Of a DNA stretch of 64,000 nucleotides, positions 25,667 through 38,636 are shown piece after piece. Positions within the stretch are counted from its first letter, which is position 1; every line of letters begins with the position of its first letter. Where the stretch lies: the NCBI RefSeq assembly GCF_001194135.2, contig NC_068983.1, positions 108,196,338 through 108,260,337 of the forward strand, in the 5' to 3' direction. A program made the translations under genes and the position numbers. Source of the stretch: Octopus bimaculoides (Eukaryota). The notes under the pieces are model-generated. The model did not search any database and was not told the origin of the DNA. It saw nothing but the letters and a program-made list of their open reading frames with translations.

Positions 25667-27027
25667 CACACACAGGCACACACAGATAGAGTGACTTACT
25701 TCCAAACACCATGGCTTCCAACTATTATCCAGCAATTTTGAGCCAAATTTTGTTCAAAAGTAATTGTTGAAACAAAAGAATTAATATGTGTGTGTGTGTG
25801 TGTGTGTGTGTAACAAAGTTCCACAAAGTTAAATAAAATTGATATTTCTGTTGGGAAAATAATAAAAGCAATTTATGAAGATATTTGAAACAGAAAGACA
25901 AAAAAAAATATACTTTACTGAACAGGTGAAAATATAAATTATTAAACAGTTTCTTCAAAAGTGAAAATGAGAAAATTATTGACCTAGATATTTTCAATGT
26001 CTTTTTGCTATTCTTGGCAAATTTTACAGAAAACATTTTATTTAAATTCTTATTCACATTACACTGTTCAGAATATGATCGAAGTCTATACCCAAGCCAA
26101 CTTCTTTTATCATATACTAACTATGTAGTTAGGATAATTGCATATGGTTAGTTCTGAACATGTTCAATCCTGCTAAAGATATTGACTTGGCAGACAATCA
26201 AAATATATTTGATGCTTGTGTATATATTTCCTTCTACAGAGCAAAAATGAATTAAGAAATATCTTTATTATTTTGAAACATATATTATATCCTATAGTGC
26301 GATGCTAAAACAAAAGAAAAAAAAAATTTCTTTCACCCTTCTAAAAGATCATAATGTCTAACATCCCACCCATCAAAAGTGCCAACTATTATCTATATAT
26401 TTCTTACTCTAGAATCTTTCATGAGAAATTCTTATTCAATCTCTTTATTTGCATATTGGTTCAATATTTCATTTTACAACTAATGTTAATAAATTTTAAT
26501 GTTAATTTTCTTCATGAAAATACAGTAACAAAAGTGGGTTAGATCTGCTCTTATATACATAACAAACTTAGAACATGAAAATACTTGTTTGAGCATGTTC
26601 TATATAAAAACTGCTGTTAAGTCATATAACAAAAGTTGTATTTTCTACCAATACTATAGGTCAATATATCAATATAGAGAAACTATAGATTTCTACAAAT
26701 CAAGGCTATAATTTTTTTTTTAATATCTTGTCCTTTCATTTCATAAAAAAAAAAAAAAAGAAAATAGGGAAAAATATTCTTTATATTATATCCTGCTTTA
26801 AGCCATTTATAATTAGTAAAATTGTGATATGTAATTTCCAAGTCATAGAATCAGCTTAATACAGCTATCCTCTCTTTAAGCCAATGTTTTATCTCTTCAT
26901 ATTTTGAGAAAAGGAAAAAAATGCTTTTTCTTGAAGCTTGTCAAAACCCAACCAACAATTCAGATCACCTGGCCCTATATTATGCAATTCTAAGAGCTTA
27001 TCATACCACTTCTTTCTTTAGAGATCA

Positions 27028-27083
27028 ATAATAATAATAATAATAATTATTATTATTATTATTACTATTATTATTATTATTAT
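27028..27083. repeat. (AAT)n-(ATT)n self-complementary microsatellite junction
   Basis: Direct. Confidence 0.95.
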
Positions 27084-29976
27084 CCATATTAACCAATATA
27101 ATCTACATTAGTTTAATACTGCTACTATTTTTATTCTGGTACTTCTCAGAATAGAGAAAAGTTTTCAGACACAAAATTCTATCTACTTAACTTTAAGCTG
27201 ACTCTGATTCTTAAATACCAATTATTTAATAAGAAAATAACTTATCTTGCAGAAAATACTGAGCTATAATTACTGATCCTCAGTAAAAACTATTGTTAGC
27301 TAAATTAACACTTCACCTTATCATTACCAACACAGTTAACAACCATATCAACATTACATGCTGGATAATTGATTCATAGTGACTTTTGTTTATTCTATCA
27401 TTTACATTTTCACTGAATACCCGTAGGCACATACTCATAATAAAATTTTTACAATTCTATTATGAATATGTTCCTTTAATTCTTGAAAACTCTACAAGAA
27501 TTAAACTGAATTCAGTATTATGGATGAAATTTTGTAGCAAGAAAATAATATATCGAGAAATGAAACATCAAAAAAAAAACAGAACCAAAAAAATAAATAA
27601 ATAAATAAATAAATACAGAATATTGTAAGTTAGCAATTTTGTTTGATAAATGGAACTATTTGTATACACTTGTCATGACTTGTAGAAAGAATACTTAGCT
27701 CGAAAGCTAATGCACCATGAAAGTTTAAATTGCTTGAGAATTTTATTAATAACCTGAGCAGTGCTAACAACGAAATGCAAGTACAAAATGAAGAATCAAA
27801 TTCTTCAATAACATAAATTATTGAAATGAAAGAAATTTTTTGACCAGCTGAACCTTTAGGGAAGTTAATCTTATATTCACCTTTATCCATTTATACTGCT
27901 CCCACATTTGAAAAGGCTATCTCCTACAGTTACTATAAGGCACTCTGATCCCAGCTAGCTAGTTGTATATCATCTCTATCCAAGCCTACCTGACACACAC
28001 CTTTATCCCCTTCTCTCATCACTTAATTTGTGTTTACCCTCAAAGCCATTGCACTAATCGCAATGCCCGACCATTTCCCCGGAATTCACTTCTTGCCTAC
28101 ATTCATTCTGCTGCCATTAATTTCAGTGGACTTGTGATAGTCATAGAGACAGTATCTTGGAGTTATATCAAATATACTGAAAAATTATTTTCGTTACCAA
28201 CAGGAAAGTGTGCAAGTGTGTATGTATACCTGCATGTCTTAGTCAAATTCTCAAAGATTGTTAAGTAACATCAGTTTAAGTGAAATGGCACTTAACTGAT
28301 ATTTTATTTAACAGCAAAACCTGACAGAGAAATGATTTTAAAGACAAGAGATTTAATATCACTTTAGAGATAATGCTTAACTTTTGTTAACCTTTCAATT
28401 TTGACCCAAAAGATGAAAAGAGAAATACTTTCAATGCACAAATGAATCAATAAATGTATAGAACAATCTACTGCAATCAAAATCCACAAGGAAAGGAATT
28501 TACGAAAACTAAAGGAAAAAAAAAAATTAATAATAATGATTATTATTCCTTTTATTTTTCACAATGAGGTGGATATGAAGGGAACATTAAAAGAATAAAT
28601 CAAAAACTAGTAGGGATCATTAGAGAATTGTAAATATAAACAGGCCTAGAAAACAAAAGTATATCAAAGTGTGAAATGAGGTATGCCAATAGGACACTAA
28701 TTTAGGGTCATTCAAGGAACTGCCAGACTCAGAATTATCCTTACCCTAAGAGTGATTTCTAGCAAGATTTCTTGTCTTTCAGGCACATTCTAAGAGAAGG
28801 CCCCATTTACATAGGCTGTTCTCAACACTTCACCCAAATTTCCCTCAAATTACACTCTGCCACTAGTGACAAAAAACACTAGATAATTTTGTACTAGATG
28901 CACAATGACTGAATAAAAATATCAGAGATCACCATCACTGAGACACTTGTGATTATTGATCAGCTGTTACTGAGCTGACCTGAGATTAAAACAATGACAA
29001 CCCAGGCTTACAAAACTTTTAGAACAATGGGTATATTAATAAAACAAGAAGCCATAAACTTAAAATGTCTAATAAAACAGATGAAGAGAATTGTCAAAAA
29101 TGGTAGAGCTTAGGTTAAACTTTTGTTGTGTTGTCTAAAGTTCAGTGTTAAAATAAATTTTATGTATTATCTTTCAAGGATCAATAAAAACAAATTCTTG
29201 TAATACACTGAGGTTGATTCAATAAATTTTTGCCTCCTTATGAACTACTGACTATATGCTAAGACAACCTAGAAGCAGTCATTAAACCAGGTAGAAATAA
29301 CAGCTAATTCACCTTCAACTCACTACTTTGAGTTGTTTGTTGAAGACGAATGCATCTTATTAAAGAATGTATACAATGAAGTTCTGATAACATTACATCT
29401 GAGGAAAAGAGAGAGGGTGGTCATAGCTGAAGTATCTGTTTCATCAAACATTGATCTGAGGCTAATCAGCAAGTCAAAATTATAACCAAGAGAATTTGAG
29501 AAAACAGTTAAAAGAGAAATAACTTGATTCTTGCAGAAATCATCTTTATAGTGTTGGAGATAATCAGTAAAACAGTAATGAAAACCTAGTGTAAAATAAT
29601 TCTGATTGCTTTGAAGATGACTGTTGCCAAAGAACTGAGGAAAGGACAGAATGATCAGAGAAAGATGGTTTGATAAATATTATTTATAGTCATGTGCAAG
29701 CAAATGCAAACGACATGATAATGATGTTAAATTTTGATAAGGTTATGGTTACTAAGGTCACCAAACATGTGTTGGAATATAATACAAATGCAGTTAAATA
29801 CTTGAATCGTATGAGAACAAACCCGACCATAATGGTTTTAGCACTTAATGAAAAAAAATGATGAGAGGTAGATAGATGGTAAGCCAATGTATAGGTATCA
29901 AGACTATAAAAAATCACTTTAAAACCATTTACAAAAATTAAGGTGAAAGGTGAAATTCAAACCAACAATATTTAGA

Positions 29977-30029
<53 letters not shown>

Positions 30030-30030
<1 letters not shown>

Positions 30031-31018
30031 TGGGTTGGCAACAAAGTTCCCACCGTTTTTTTTAATTTTAGAATCAATTTTTTTTCAGTTGAGTTCGATG
30101 AAGAGCAATTAAACCAACTTTTGCATGAAAATTCTCGTCAAATGACAAGGGAACTAGCAGAGAAAATGAAATGCTCCCACACTGCTATAGAGAAGCATCT
30201 TCACTCGATGGGAAAGGTTCAGAAGTATGGAGCATGAGTTCCACATACTTTAAGTGACAACAACAAAAATCAACGAGTCACAATCTCCGCTAGTTTACTT
30301 GTACCACAATAAAAAATCCACAAGGAAAGGAATTTACCAAAACTCATGGACTCAAGCAACAATTTCTTTATCGAATCATTACTGGCGACAAAAAATGGTG
30401 CCTGTACATCAATTTGAAGCAGTGTAAGGAATGGCTTAGCCCCAGTAAACAAGCAACACCGCGCATGAAACAAGATCTTCATCCATGTAAAACGGTGTTG
30501 TGCGTATGGTGGGACTGGGAAGGGATTATCCATTATGAATTGCTTGAACGGAACCAAACAGTCAACGCGGAACTGTATGCTCAACGGATGGAACGACTCA
30601 ACATGGCTATTCAAGAGAAAAGACCTAATCGGCAGCATGGAGTTCTTCTGCTGCACGACAATGCTCACCCTCATATCACCAATATGACCAAGGAAGCCAT
30701 TCAAACGCATGGCTGGGAAGTGCTGCCACACCCGCCATACTCCTCTAATTTGGCACCAACGGATTTCCACCTCTTTTGATTTCTTTTAAATGCTATGTGC
30801 AGAGTTTCGTTCAATACTGATGTAGAATTTGGATCAATTTTTTTGAGTCAAAATCGATGATTTCTACCAACAAGGTATTAAAAATCTTGTTGAACGTTGG
30901 GAAGAAGTTGTAAACAACAAGGGTCAATACAATGTTGATTAATTAGTTGTTATTTTTTATCAAACCTTTAAAAAAAATTTGATTAAAAAAAAACGCGGGA
31001 ACTTAGTTGCCAACCCAA
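30030..31018 (+). mobile_element. Mariner (DD34D) transposon, 989 bp, internally deleted and pseudogenised
   Basis: TIRs TTGGGTTGGCAACAAAGTTCCC / GGGAACTTAGTTGCCAACCCAA with TA on both sides. Translation shows second HTH (ENSRQMTRELAEKM), *VPHTL (WVPHEL), ITGDKKW, HDNAHPH, then 34 residues to the D of YSSNLAPTD. N-terminus missing; stops and frameshifts present. Confidence 0.97.
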
Positions 31019-31027
31019 TATATATGC

Positions 31028-31968
31028 ACTAGCTGTTGGACCCAGTGTTGCTCATGTTTTCCATGTTGAAGTTAAGCCCACCTTTGACCTTGTATTGAAA
31101 TTTTCCACATTCCCCGTGCCAACTATTACCCATTAAGATGTTACATCTGGTTCAGCAGGGATTTTATCTGGTTAATGCTTTCAACATACTCCTACATACT
31201 GGATCGTCTGAAATCACAGTCAAACTTTTGGGTGTACCTCGTTCCATTGAGAGTGATGTTTGTTTATTTCTCCTCCCTTTAATGCCACCCTCTGTACAAA
31301 ATTGATCAGCGTGTCCAATCTCAGCAAAATCCAAAGAAAAGTGTTAAGGTTATGTCATAAAATAGAATCCATGTGACCATTTACATGAAAATACCCCATT
31401 GACTTTTAAATCCCTATACATTATATGAATAATCAATGTTTCATATGTCGAAGTACATAATTTTACACATGGGTCAATTTTCTTCAAAATCAGTTCATTA
31501 TTTTATTGTGAGTGAATTTTGATGATTTCTGCATTTCACCAGTTTAATTCTAATTCTACTACATGACTCTGACCATAAACTTTACCTAAATGTAAAATTT
31601 CATCAAAATCGAATGAATTCTGTAAAAGTTACTGCATTAAATATTAATCCTATGGGTAATTGCATACAAAAAGCCTATTGATTTCTTAAAATTCATTTTC
31701 ATCAAAATCGGACAAAAAATGCAAAAGCTGCAGGAAAAATAACATCGTTATGGGCATTTCCATTCAAATGCCTGATTGAGCTCACAAAAATCGATGCCAA
31801 CTGAGTATTATTGAGCTTTTGAAAAATTCCAGCCTTATTTGAACTTCAAGGCATGTGATGTACCTATGTGCCAAAAATCATTAAAATCGGTTGGATGGTG
31901 TGGGAGGAGTTAGAGTAACCCCAAACACACACACAGACAGGCAGACACGATTACACATTTATGTATAC
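31028..31968 (+). mobile_element. Non-autonomous Helitron-like (Lep1/DINE-type) element
   Basis: 5' ACTAGCTGTTGGACCCAG, internal repeats of AAATTTCATCAAAATCG (31476, 31594, 31696, 31877), 3' AAAATCGGTTGG..GGAGGAGTTAG..ACAGACAGGCAGACAC..TTTATGTATA. This is the end architecture of non-autonomous rolling-circle elements (family resemblance is inference). Confidence 0.6.
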
Positions 31969-32501
31969 AAATATATACATGAACATATATGCATGTATAT
32001 GTAACACAGAATATATAAATACTCCACCAAGGATTATCAGTTCTTGTGATAAAAACCATGTGGTTCACACATCTATTGCATGATGCCAATCATATTTTAA
32101 CAAAAGGTCTGTCCACCTAAGAAGCTATATTTATGTAAAAGTCATGGCCAAAACATAATCTAACTAAAAGTATAAAAATGGTATGTTGTGAAATTTATAA
32201 AGGCTAAAGGAAATTGGGCTGGACACATATAGTCTATTATGTAATTTTAGATCAAATAAAGGACTCCATGTCCAATATGTAAAAGATAATGTAAAGGCTA
32301 AGTGGATGTCAGACCTCTTCAACTATATAAATTGAGGTAGTCTTCATTTAAAAAGACATACTTGTGATATCCAATACTGACCTCACAAACAAACACACAT
32401 ATTCACAGATTATGTAATGCTTAAACATTTTTAAGCTCATTTATGTTATATAATATGATATATAATATAATATAATATTATAATATTATATAATATAATA
32501 T

Positions 32502-32664
32502 GTTTGGCGTTAGGAAGGGCATCCAGCTGTAGAAACTCTGCCAAATCAGACTGGAGCCTGGTGTTGCCATCCGGTTTCACCAGTCCTCAGTCAAATCGTC
32601 CAACCCATGCTAGCATGGAAAGCGGACGTTAAACGATGATGATGATGATGATGATGATGATGAT
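32502..32664 (+). mobile_element. RTE LINE extreme 3' end, very young
   Basis: About 140 nt identical by eye to the reverse complement of the 8288 copy; (GAT)n tail; sits in a (TATAA)n array. Confidence 0.9.
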
Positions 32665-32867
32665 ATAATATACAACTAAAAATCAGAATAGGTTATGGAT
32701 TTCTCAGAATACCTCAACTTATGACAAATAAAATGAAAAATCAACAAAAACAATCTTTCTCTTCTTGACTGACGCCCAAAGTAATACCTCAACAGATGTA
32801 AACAAAAATTATGAATGACAAAACTTATCAAAATATCATATTGCACTTTTAGTATTAACTTCTGAAT

Positions 32868-33100
32868 CAAGGTGGCAAGCTGACACTTGATCAAGGCATC
32901 ACTAGCACACCAGGCATGCTTAGTGACGTTTCTTCTGACATCATGCTCTGAGTTCAAATTCCACCAAGGTCAGCTTTGCCTCTCGTCTTTTGGGGGTTGA
33001 TAAAATAAGTACCAGCTGAGCACTGGAGTTGATGTCATCGATTTACCTCCCCTTCTTCACCACTGAAATTAATGGCCTTGTGCCAAAATTTGAAACCAAT
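32868..33100 (+). mobile_element. SINE family B, type-2 tail
   Basis: AAGGTGGCAAGCTG head, GAGTTCAAATTCC B box, GATAAAATAAGTACCAG, GGCCTTGTGCCAAAATTTGAAACCAAT. Confidence 0.88.
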
Positions 33101-35024
33101 ATCAACTACTAAATTCTAATAACATGATAGATTAAATTGTTTAAATGAAATTGAGAATTCAATTGCATGCTGAGAAGATTGATAGATTAAAGCGAAAGTA
33201 CACTGAGTAAACATGAGTAACAGTCATAGAGCACCACAACTTCTGAATAAGTCTGGACAATAACATCACAAACACATAACAGATCAGAGAACAATTTGTA
33301 TCAAAGAACATCAGCTAATTCTCTTGGTGAAAAATAGAAATTATGAAAAACAGAAACTTCATGCAACATTTTGCTTAAATCATGTCCAGATATAAGTAAA
33401 TGTCTTGATGTTGTCACAGCTAGCAGTATTATTTATATCAATGAAACTGAATGGCAACTATACAGAGATGAATGTAGTAGAGAATAATATGATATGAATC
33501 AATGCAACTGATTTACAACAAAGGAAACCTGGTGACTTTGTTGATGATGCTAATAACCATTCAAATACACACATTGATTACCAATAACCAAACCCAGTGA
33601 GATCCAGTCACTATGCCTTTTGCTAGTCATTAAATGATATTGAAAGATGTCTATGAGAAAAACCAATTATTGATATTTTTGCTTTGTGGTTTTGTTTTTA
33701 GGATATCCTAGTTAAGTAGTTAATCTGCATTTTCTAGCAGAGAATAATATCCTAAGAAACACTCAAGCTAATGTGGGAGCAGCCCTTAATTGGTCCTGCA
33801 ATCTGCTAGAAATAGCAGCTTAATCACTCTCCAATCACACACTAGTTTATAAATAAAAATGAAACACATATTAGATAAACAATGTTCTCCAATATATATT
33901 ACGCCAGAGAAAAAAGATGGAATTGTCATGGTTGGATCATACTTGATTAATCAGCAATGATCTGCACAAAATAATGACTTAAATAAAACTGTTGGACTTT
34001 TAATGGGGGACTATTAAACTTTTTATAATAAAGATTGGTACTCTAACATAAAACACTTCAAACTACTATAATTATGATTACAATGATGGTGGTGGTGGTT
34101 GTCGTTGTCAGTGGTAGTGTTGTTATCATTGTCATTGTCATGCTTGCCTCTGCTACCATCATGACAATGATGATCATCATCTGGATGCAAATTTTTTGCA
34201 TGCTGAGATTGACATTAAATAGAAAAATGAAATTAAAAATTTAATTTCATGCTGAGAAGATTGGTATTTCTAATCAATAGAATATTATTTTATGCTGTGA
34301 TCATGAATAGAACTGTGAGACAACAATATAGTTTGATTTAGTACCTAATACGTATTTAAAAATGATATGATTCAAAGAAAGTAATACACATTCAGTTAAC
34401 TGCCTGTATTAAAAGAAATATAATTTGAATTGCAATTTTTTTTTTTTAATCTATAAACTATAAGTACCAAATTATAAAAAAATTACAACAGTTAGTCATC
34501 AGTTAATTTCAAATTTGATTTATATTACAGTTTCAAATTGTAATTTGAAACTGTGATCTATATCACAGTTTCAAAAAGCATTTAATTTGATTCAGTCTTT
34601 TTAAAATCACTTTAATCAAAATCAACTAAAAATTTCTCAGATATATTGAAACAATTATGACTAAAAAAAATTAAAACCAAAAAAATTTTTAAAGAAAGTT
34701 ATGGTAGCTTAAATTCATGTGCCAGCTTGTCAGTAAGGAATGTATTTGTTGTTTGAACCATGCTTTGACTTCCTTCCAGCCAATAAGTATTATTTTTATA
34801 ACAAGTAATTTTGAAATTATATTCGTATACTAAAATATTACAATATACCTCCAGATTGGAAACAGTCAGTAGCTGTTTTAGTGATGATAGAAAACTTATA
34901 AGTTGATGGTAATAGGTATGAGTTATTCCTAATCTATGCACAAACATAATCTTGAAAAAATAGATAAAAATAATTCATTCAACAAATGGTTACCATCAAT
35001 AAAAGCACACATGTCAGTTGGAAT

Positions 35025-35400
35025 TCATTGAGAAATGTTTTCTACAGCCAGATACTCTTCCTGCCACCAATTTTCATCTGTTTCCAAATAAGATAATATT
35101 TTCCCCATGACTAGACATGTTTTCACAGAAGATTGGAAACAAAGAACTTAACTTGAATAATGCATGATGCTTGTTTATAACTCTGAGATGTCAAGATCAA
35201 TGAGACAGTTACATGCATACACAAACACACACACGCACAAATACATCTGATGGGTTTCTTTCAGCTTCTGTCTATGAAATTTACTCACAAGGCTTTGGTT
35301 GGCCTGGACTTATAGCAGATGACACTTGCTCAAGATTCCATGCATTGGAGTTGTACATGAAAACCATGTGGTTAGGAAGCCATATCTGCACTTTCTCATC
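35025..35400 (-). mobile_element. SINE family A head with alternative RTE-type 3' half
   Basis: Same architecture as 18085-18490; TTTCTACAGCCAGATACTCTTCC resembles the RTE 3' UTR segment TTTCTACAGCTGGATGCCCTTCC. Confidence 0.7.
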
Positions 35401-36094
35401 TATAAAAACATAAGATGTTAAATGTTGCTGAAATGTCAATAAATGCAAAGAAAACTCACCTAGGATTATGTCAGACACTATCTAACCATAACATCTATGC
35501 AACAGTATTGTAGATCAATTAGTCATTGCTATTCATAAACCCAAGTTTATACAGATAATTTAAATTTCAAAATGAACATTCGAAACAATTTGCAACACAT
35601 AATCTTGTCTGGTAACAAGAAAATAAGAGATGATAAAATCAAGTGATACCAATTTCTGAGTATAAACTAGTTAACATATACCAGAAAAATCAGTGAGCAA
35701 AAATATAAAAATTCTAATATGAAAATCCTTTCAATTATTTTTCAAAATATAGCAAGCAACAAAGATTTGTTGAGATTCCAGATGAAATAAGGCAAATATT
35801 TTATTAAAAAATATCTTCTCAAATATCATACCACTTTCTGAAGTCAGTAATGCATAAATATCAAACAAATGTTCTTTTACTCTTATTATTTTTTTTACAG
35901 GTTTGTTAGACGATTGAGGTGCAACTTTCAAGAAGTATAGTCAACAAAATTACTCCCAGTATTTGCTTGATATTTGTTTTATAGACCTTTGGGTGATAAA
36001 ATATGAAGCCAACATGGATAGGATTTGAACTCAGAATTTAAAAGGATGTAACCAAATACTTTGGTGTTCAGCCAATTCTAACATCAACTGCTCC

Positions 36095-36226
36095 AGTAAA
36101 AATGAATGGTTGAAATATTTGGAAAGTGTTTTTTATAAATGGTTTAACATTTTAACAGAGTCAATAATGAGTGGATTAGCTTCAAGTGTGTACATAATTT
36201 ATTGGCTAATCCTCTACTTGTTGCTC
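36095..36226 (+). repeat. Left arm of long-range inverted repeat (partner 38494-38636)
   Basis: Shared blocks TTTGGAAAGTGTTTTT, AATAATGAGTGGATTAG, TGGCTAATCCTCTACTTGTTGCT; roughly 80% identity plus one ~14-nt indel. Confidence 0.92.
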
Positions 36227-37366
36227 AACTATACTATACATAATATGATTATTCCTAATATAATGAAATGGAAAAACTTTGTCAAGGCCCTTTATTGTCA
36301 GTCATAATATCAGCAAAGTCTTTTAACTATGGTTTGGCAGAAGTATTTTCTACAATGGTTTTTGATTTTCTGAAATGGTAGGCCACATGCCAACTCTACT
36401 CCAGACCATCCCAAAGTACTTACCTTGATTCTTGCTATGTCTCATCCCACAAACACCAAACTTAATACTTTCCCTAATCATTTCTCCTAAGGGCTATAAA
36501 TTTCCATGTTACCCTTGTTTCTCCGTGAATATTAACACCGAGCACATTTGTCAGAATAGGCATGGAGGTTGAGGCTGCAAAGCTCTTGTGAGTTGCTTAT
36601 CTAATTAGTAATAAATAACTGGCAGAATTTAAACCATGAGTGATTAGCAATATTAACCACACAACCAGCTTACTTCATGTAAAGCTGCATAATCTTAAAC
36701 TAAAATACAAATCAAATATATTAGTTTTTCAGTGAAAGTAAAGTATTATCTAGCTTTAATTTTATATAAAAGATTTTCCATTATACACATGTTAAATCTA
36801 TTTCTTTAGTCTTAGAATCCTATCTTTTAAGCATAAACTTACAGAATTATTTCTTAACCAAAGCTACAAAAAAGAATTTTAGCTTAGAGCATTTCCAAAC
36901 TATTCGCAGTGTTCATTCCAGATGAATAAAGACTACTTTGAGAATGAACATTGCCTCTTTTTACATCATTCTAAAGTAATCATTAAACACCTTCAGAAAA
37001 GAAAATTTTCTTATAGTGCCAACCTTTTACTACCATTAAAATGAATTATGTATATTCTAGTTTCTTTATTACTTGTATGGATAACTGAATCAATGGAAGG
37101 CTGGACAATCAGTTGGTAGGTCAGTGGTTCAGATGTTATTCTATTATACGTGTGGTCAAGACAACTCACAAATTGCTCATCTATTTTGCAGTAAACAAGA
37201 ACCAAGAAACACGAACTACTTGTCAAAATGAACTAGCACCATCAGTTTACAGTAAAGAAGCCAACACCTTTTGGGAAAGTAACTCAGTTTCAGGTTAAGT
37301 TGACTTTGATAAAGATCATCAGTGAAGTCTCCAATGGATCATAGACTTTGATACTTTGTTTTTGTA

Positions 37367-37705
37367 TACTCTTTTACTCTTTTACACATTTCATTCAATT
37401 AATTGTAGCCATGCAGGAGCACCACCTTTAGTTGAACAAATCAACCCCAGATCTTAATCTTTGTAAGCCTAGTACTTATTCTATCAGTCTCTTTCACCAA
37501 ACTACCAAGTAATGGGGACACAAACACACCAAAATCAGTTGTCAAGTGATGATGGGGAGAACATATACATGTATACAAGATGGGCTTCTTTGAGTTTTCA
37601 TCTACCAAATCCACTCTCAAGGCTTTGATCGGCCCAAGGCTATAGTAGAAGACACAGGATTGAACCTGGAACCATGTGGTTGGGAAGCCACACGTGCACC
37701 TATGT
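37367..37705 (-). mobile_element. SINE family A, near full length
   Basis: Reverse complement colinear with 12878-13290; internal microsatellite very short; deletion in the head. Confidence 0.88.
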
Positions 37706-38493
37706 TTAAGTTTTTATAATTGTATTTAATTCTTTTGCTCTTTGCATATGAAACAATATTAAAATCATAGTGCTGTAACTAGCTATCACATTTTATTTAC
37801 ATTTTATTGTTAAAATTTTTTTATTATAAAAGAAAGCACAATCTCTTTTCCTTTTAAAGAATAATATTTTCAAGATATCTTGAAATATTTATGAACAATC
37901 AAAACAGAAGATAAGATGTCAACAGACAAAATTCCAGTTCAAAGAGAGTTAAACTGAAACCAACTATGCTAAGCACCTTACATCTGCCATACATAGGGTG
38001 ATGAATCCATGATTTACTGCTGAGCATTTGAGCAGCTTTCTTTATACTGTAAGTTACTTCAAACTGAGCTTACTAGGGTTTCTCAAATACAAATTTTTGT
38101 CCAAACCTCATCCTCCTCATTTCAATGGAATATCAACCATATTAAATACATATAATTATTTTCTTAACTATCCAAAGAATTAAAACAAAAATTTTTATAA
38201 AGTTCTTCTTCTATTGAATTATTCAAAATTATTAAATGCATCTAACTCTCACAGGAAAAAAAATTTGTTTTCTGAAATTATATTTTTTCTACTAATCAAA
38301 AATTGAAAATACTAAATATGTATTAATAATTTACAAAAGAATGAGCTGATTAAGATGAATGCTAAAAGAATAAAAGAAAAATCAGCAAATATGTACAGTT
38401 GTAATAATGTTTAGAATGTAATATGAACATTTATCGCAGTGATCTAAATAAAGCTTACAATCATATGGTATTATGAAATCATTAATCTATTCA

Positions 38494-38636
38494 AGCAACA
38501 AGTAGAGGATTAGCCAGTAAATGATGTATATATTTTAATCTAATCCACTCATTATTAACTCTGTTAGGATGTTAAGCCATTGTTAGGTAAAGATTTATAA
38601 AAACACTTTCCAAACATTTCAAGCATTTATTTTACT
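38494..38636 (-). repeat. Right arm of long-range inverted repeat (partner 36095-36226)
   Basis: Same alignment as the left arm. Confidence 0.92.

Noticed and set aside
27630-27890. 86-aa minus-strand ORF MDKGEYKINFPKGSAG..
   Set aside because: No homology recognised, in-frame stop immediately upstream, no usable splice structure.
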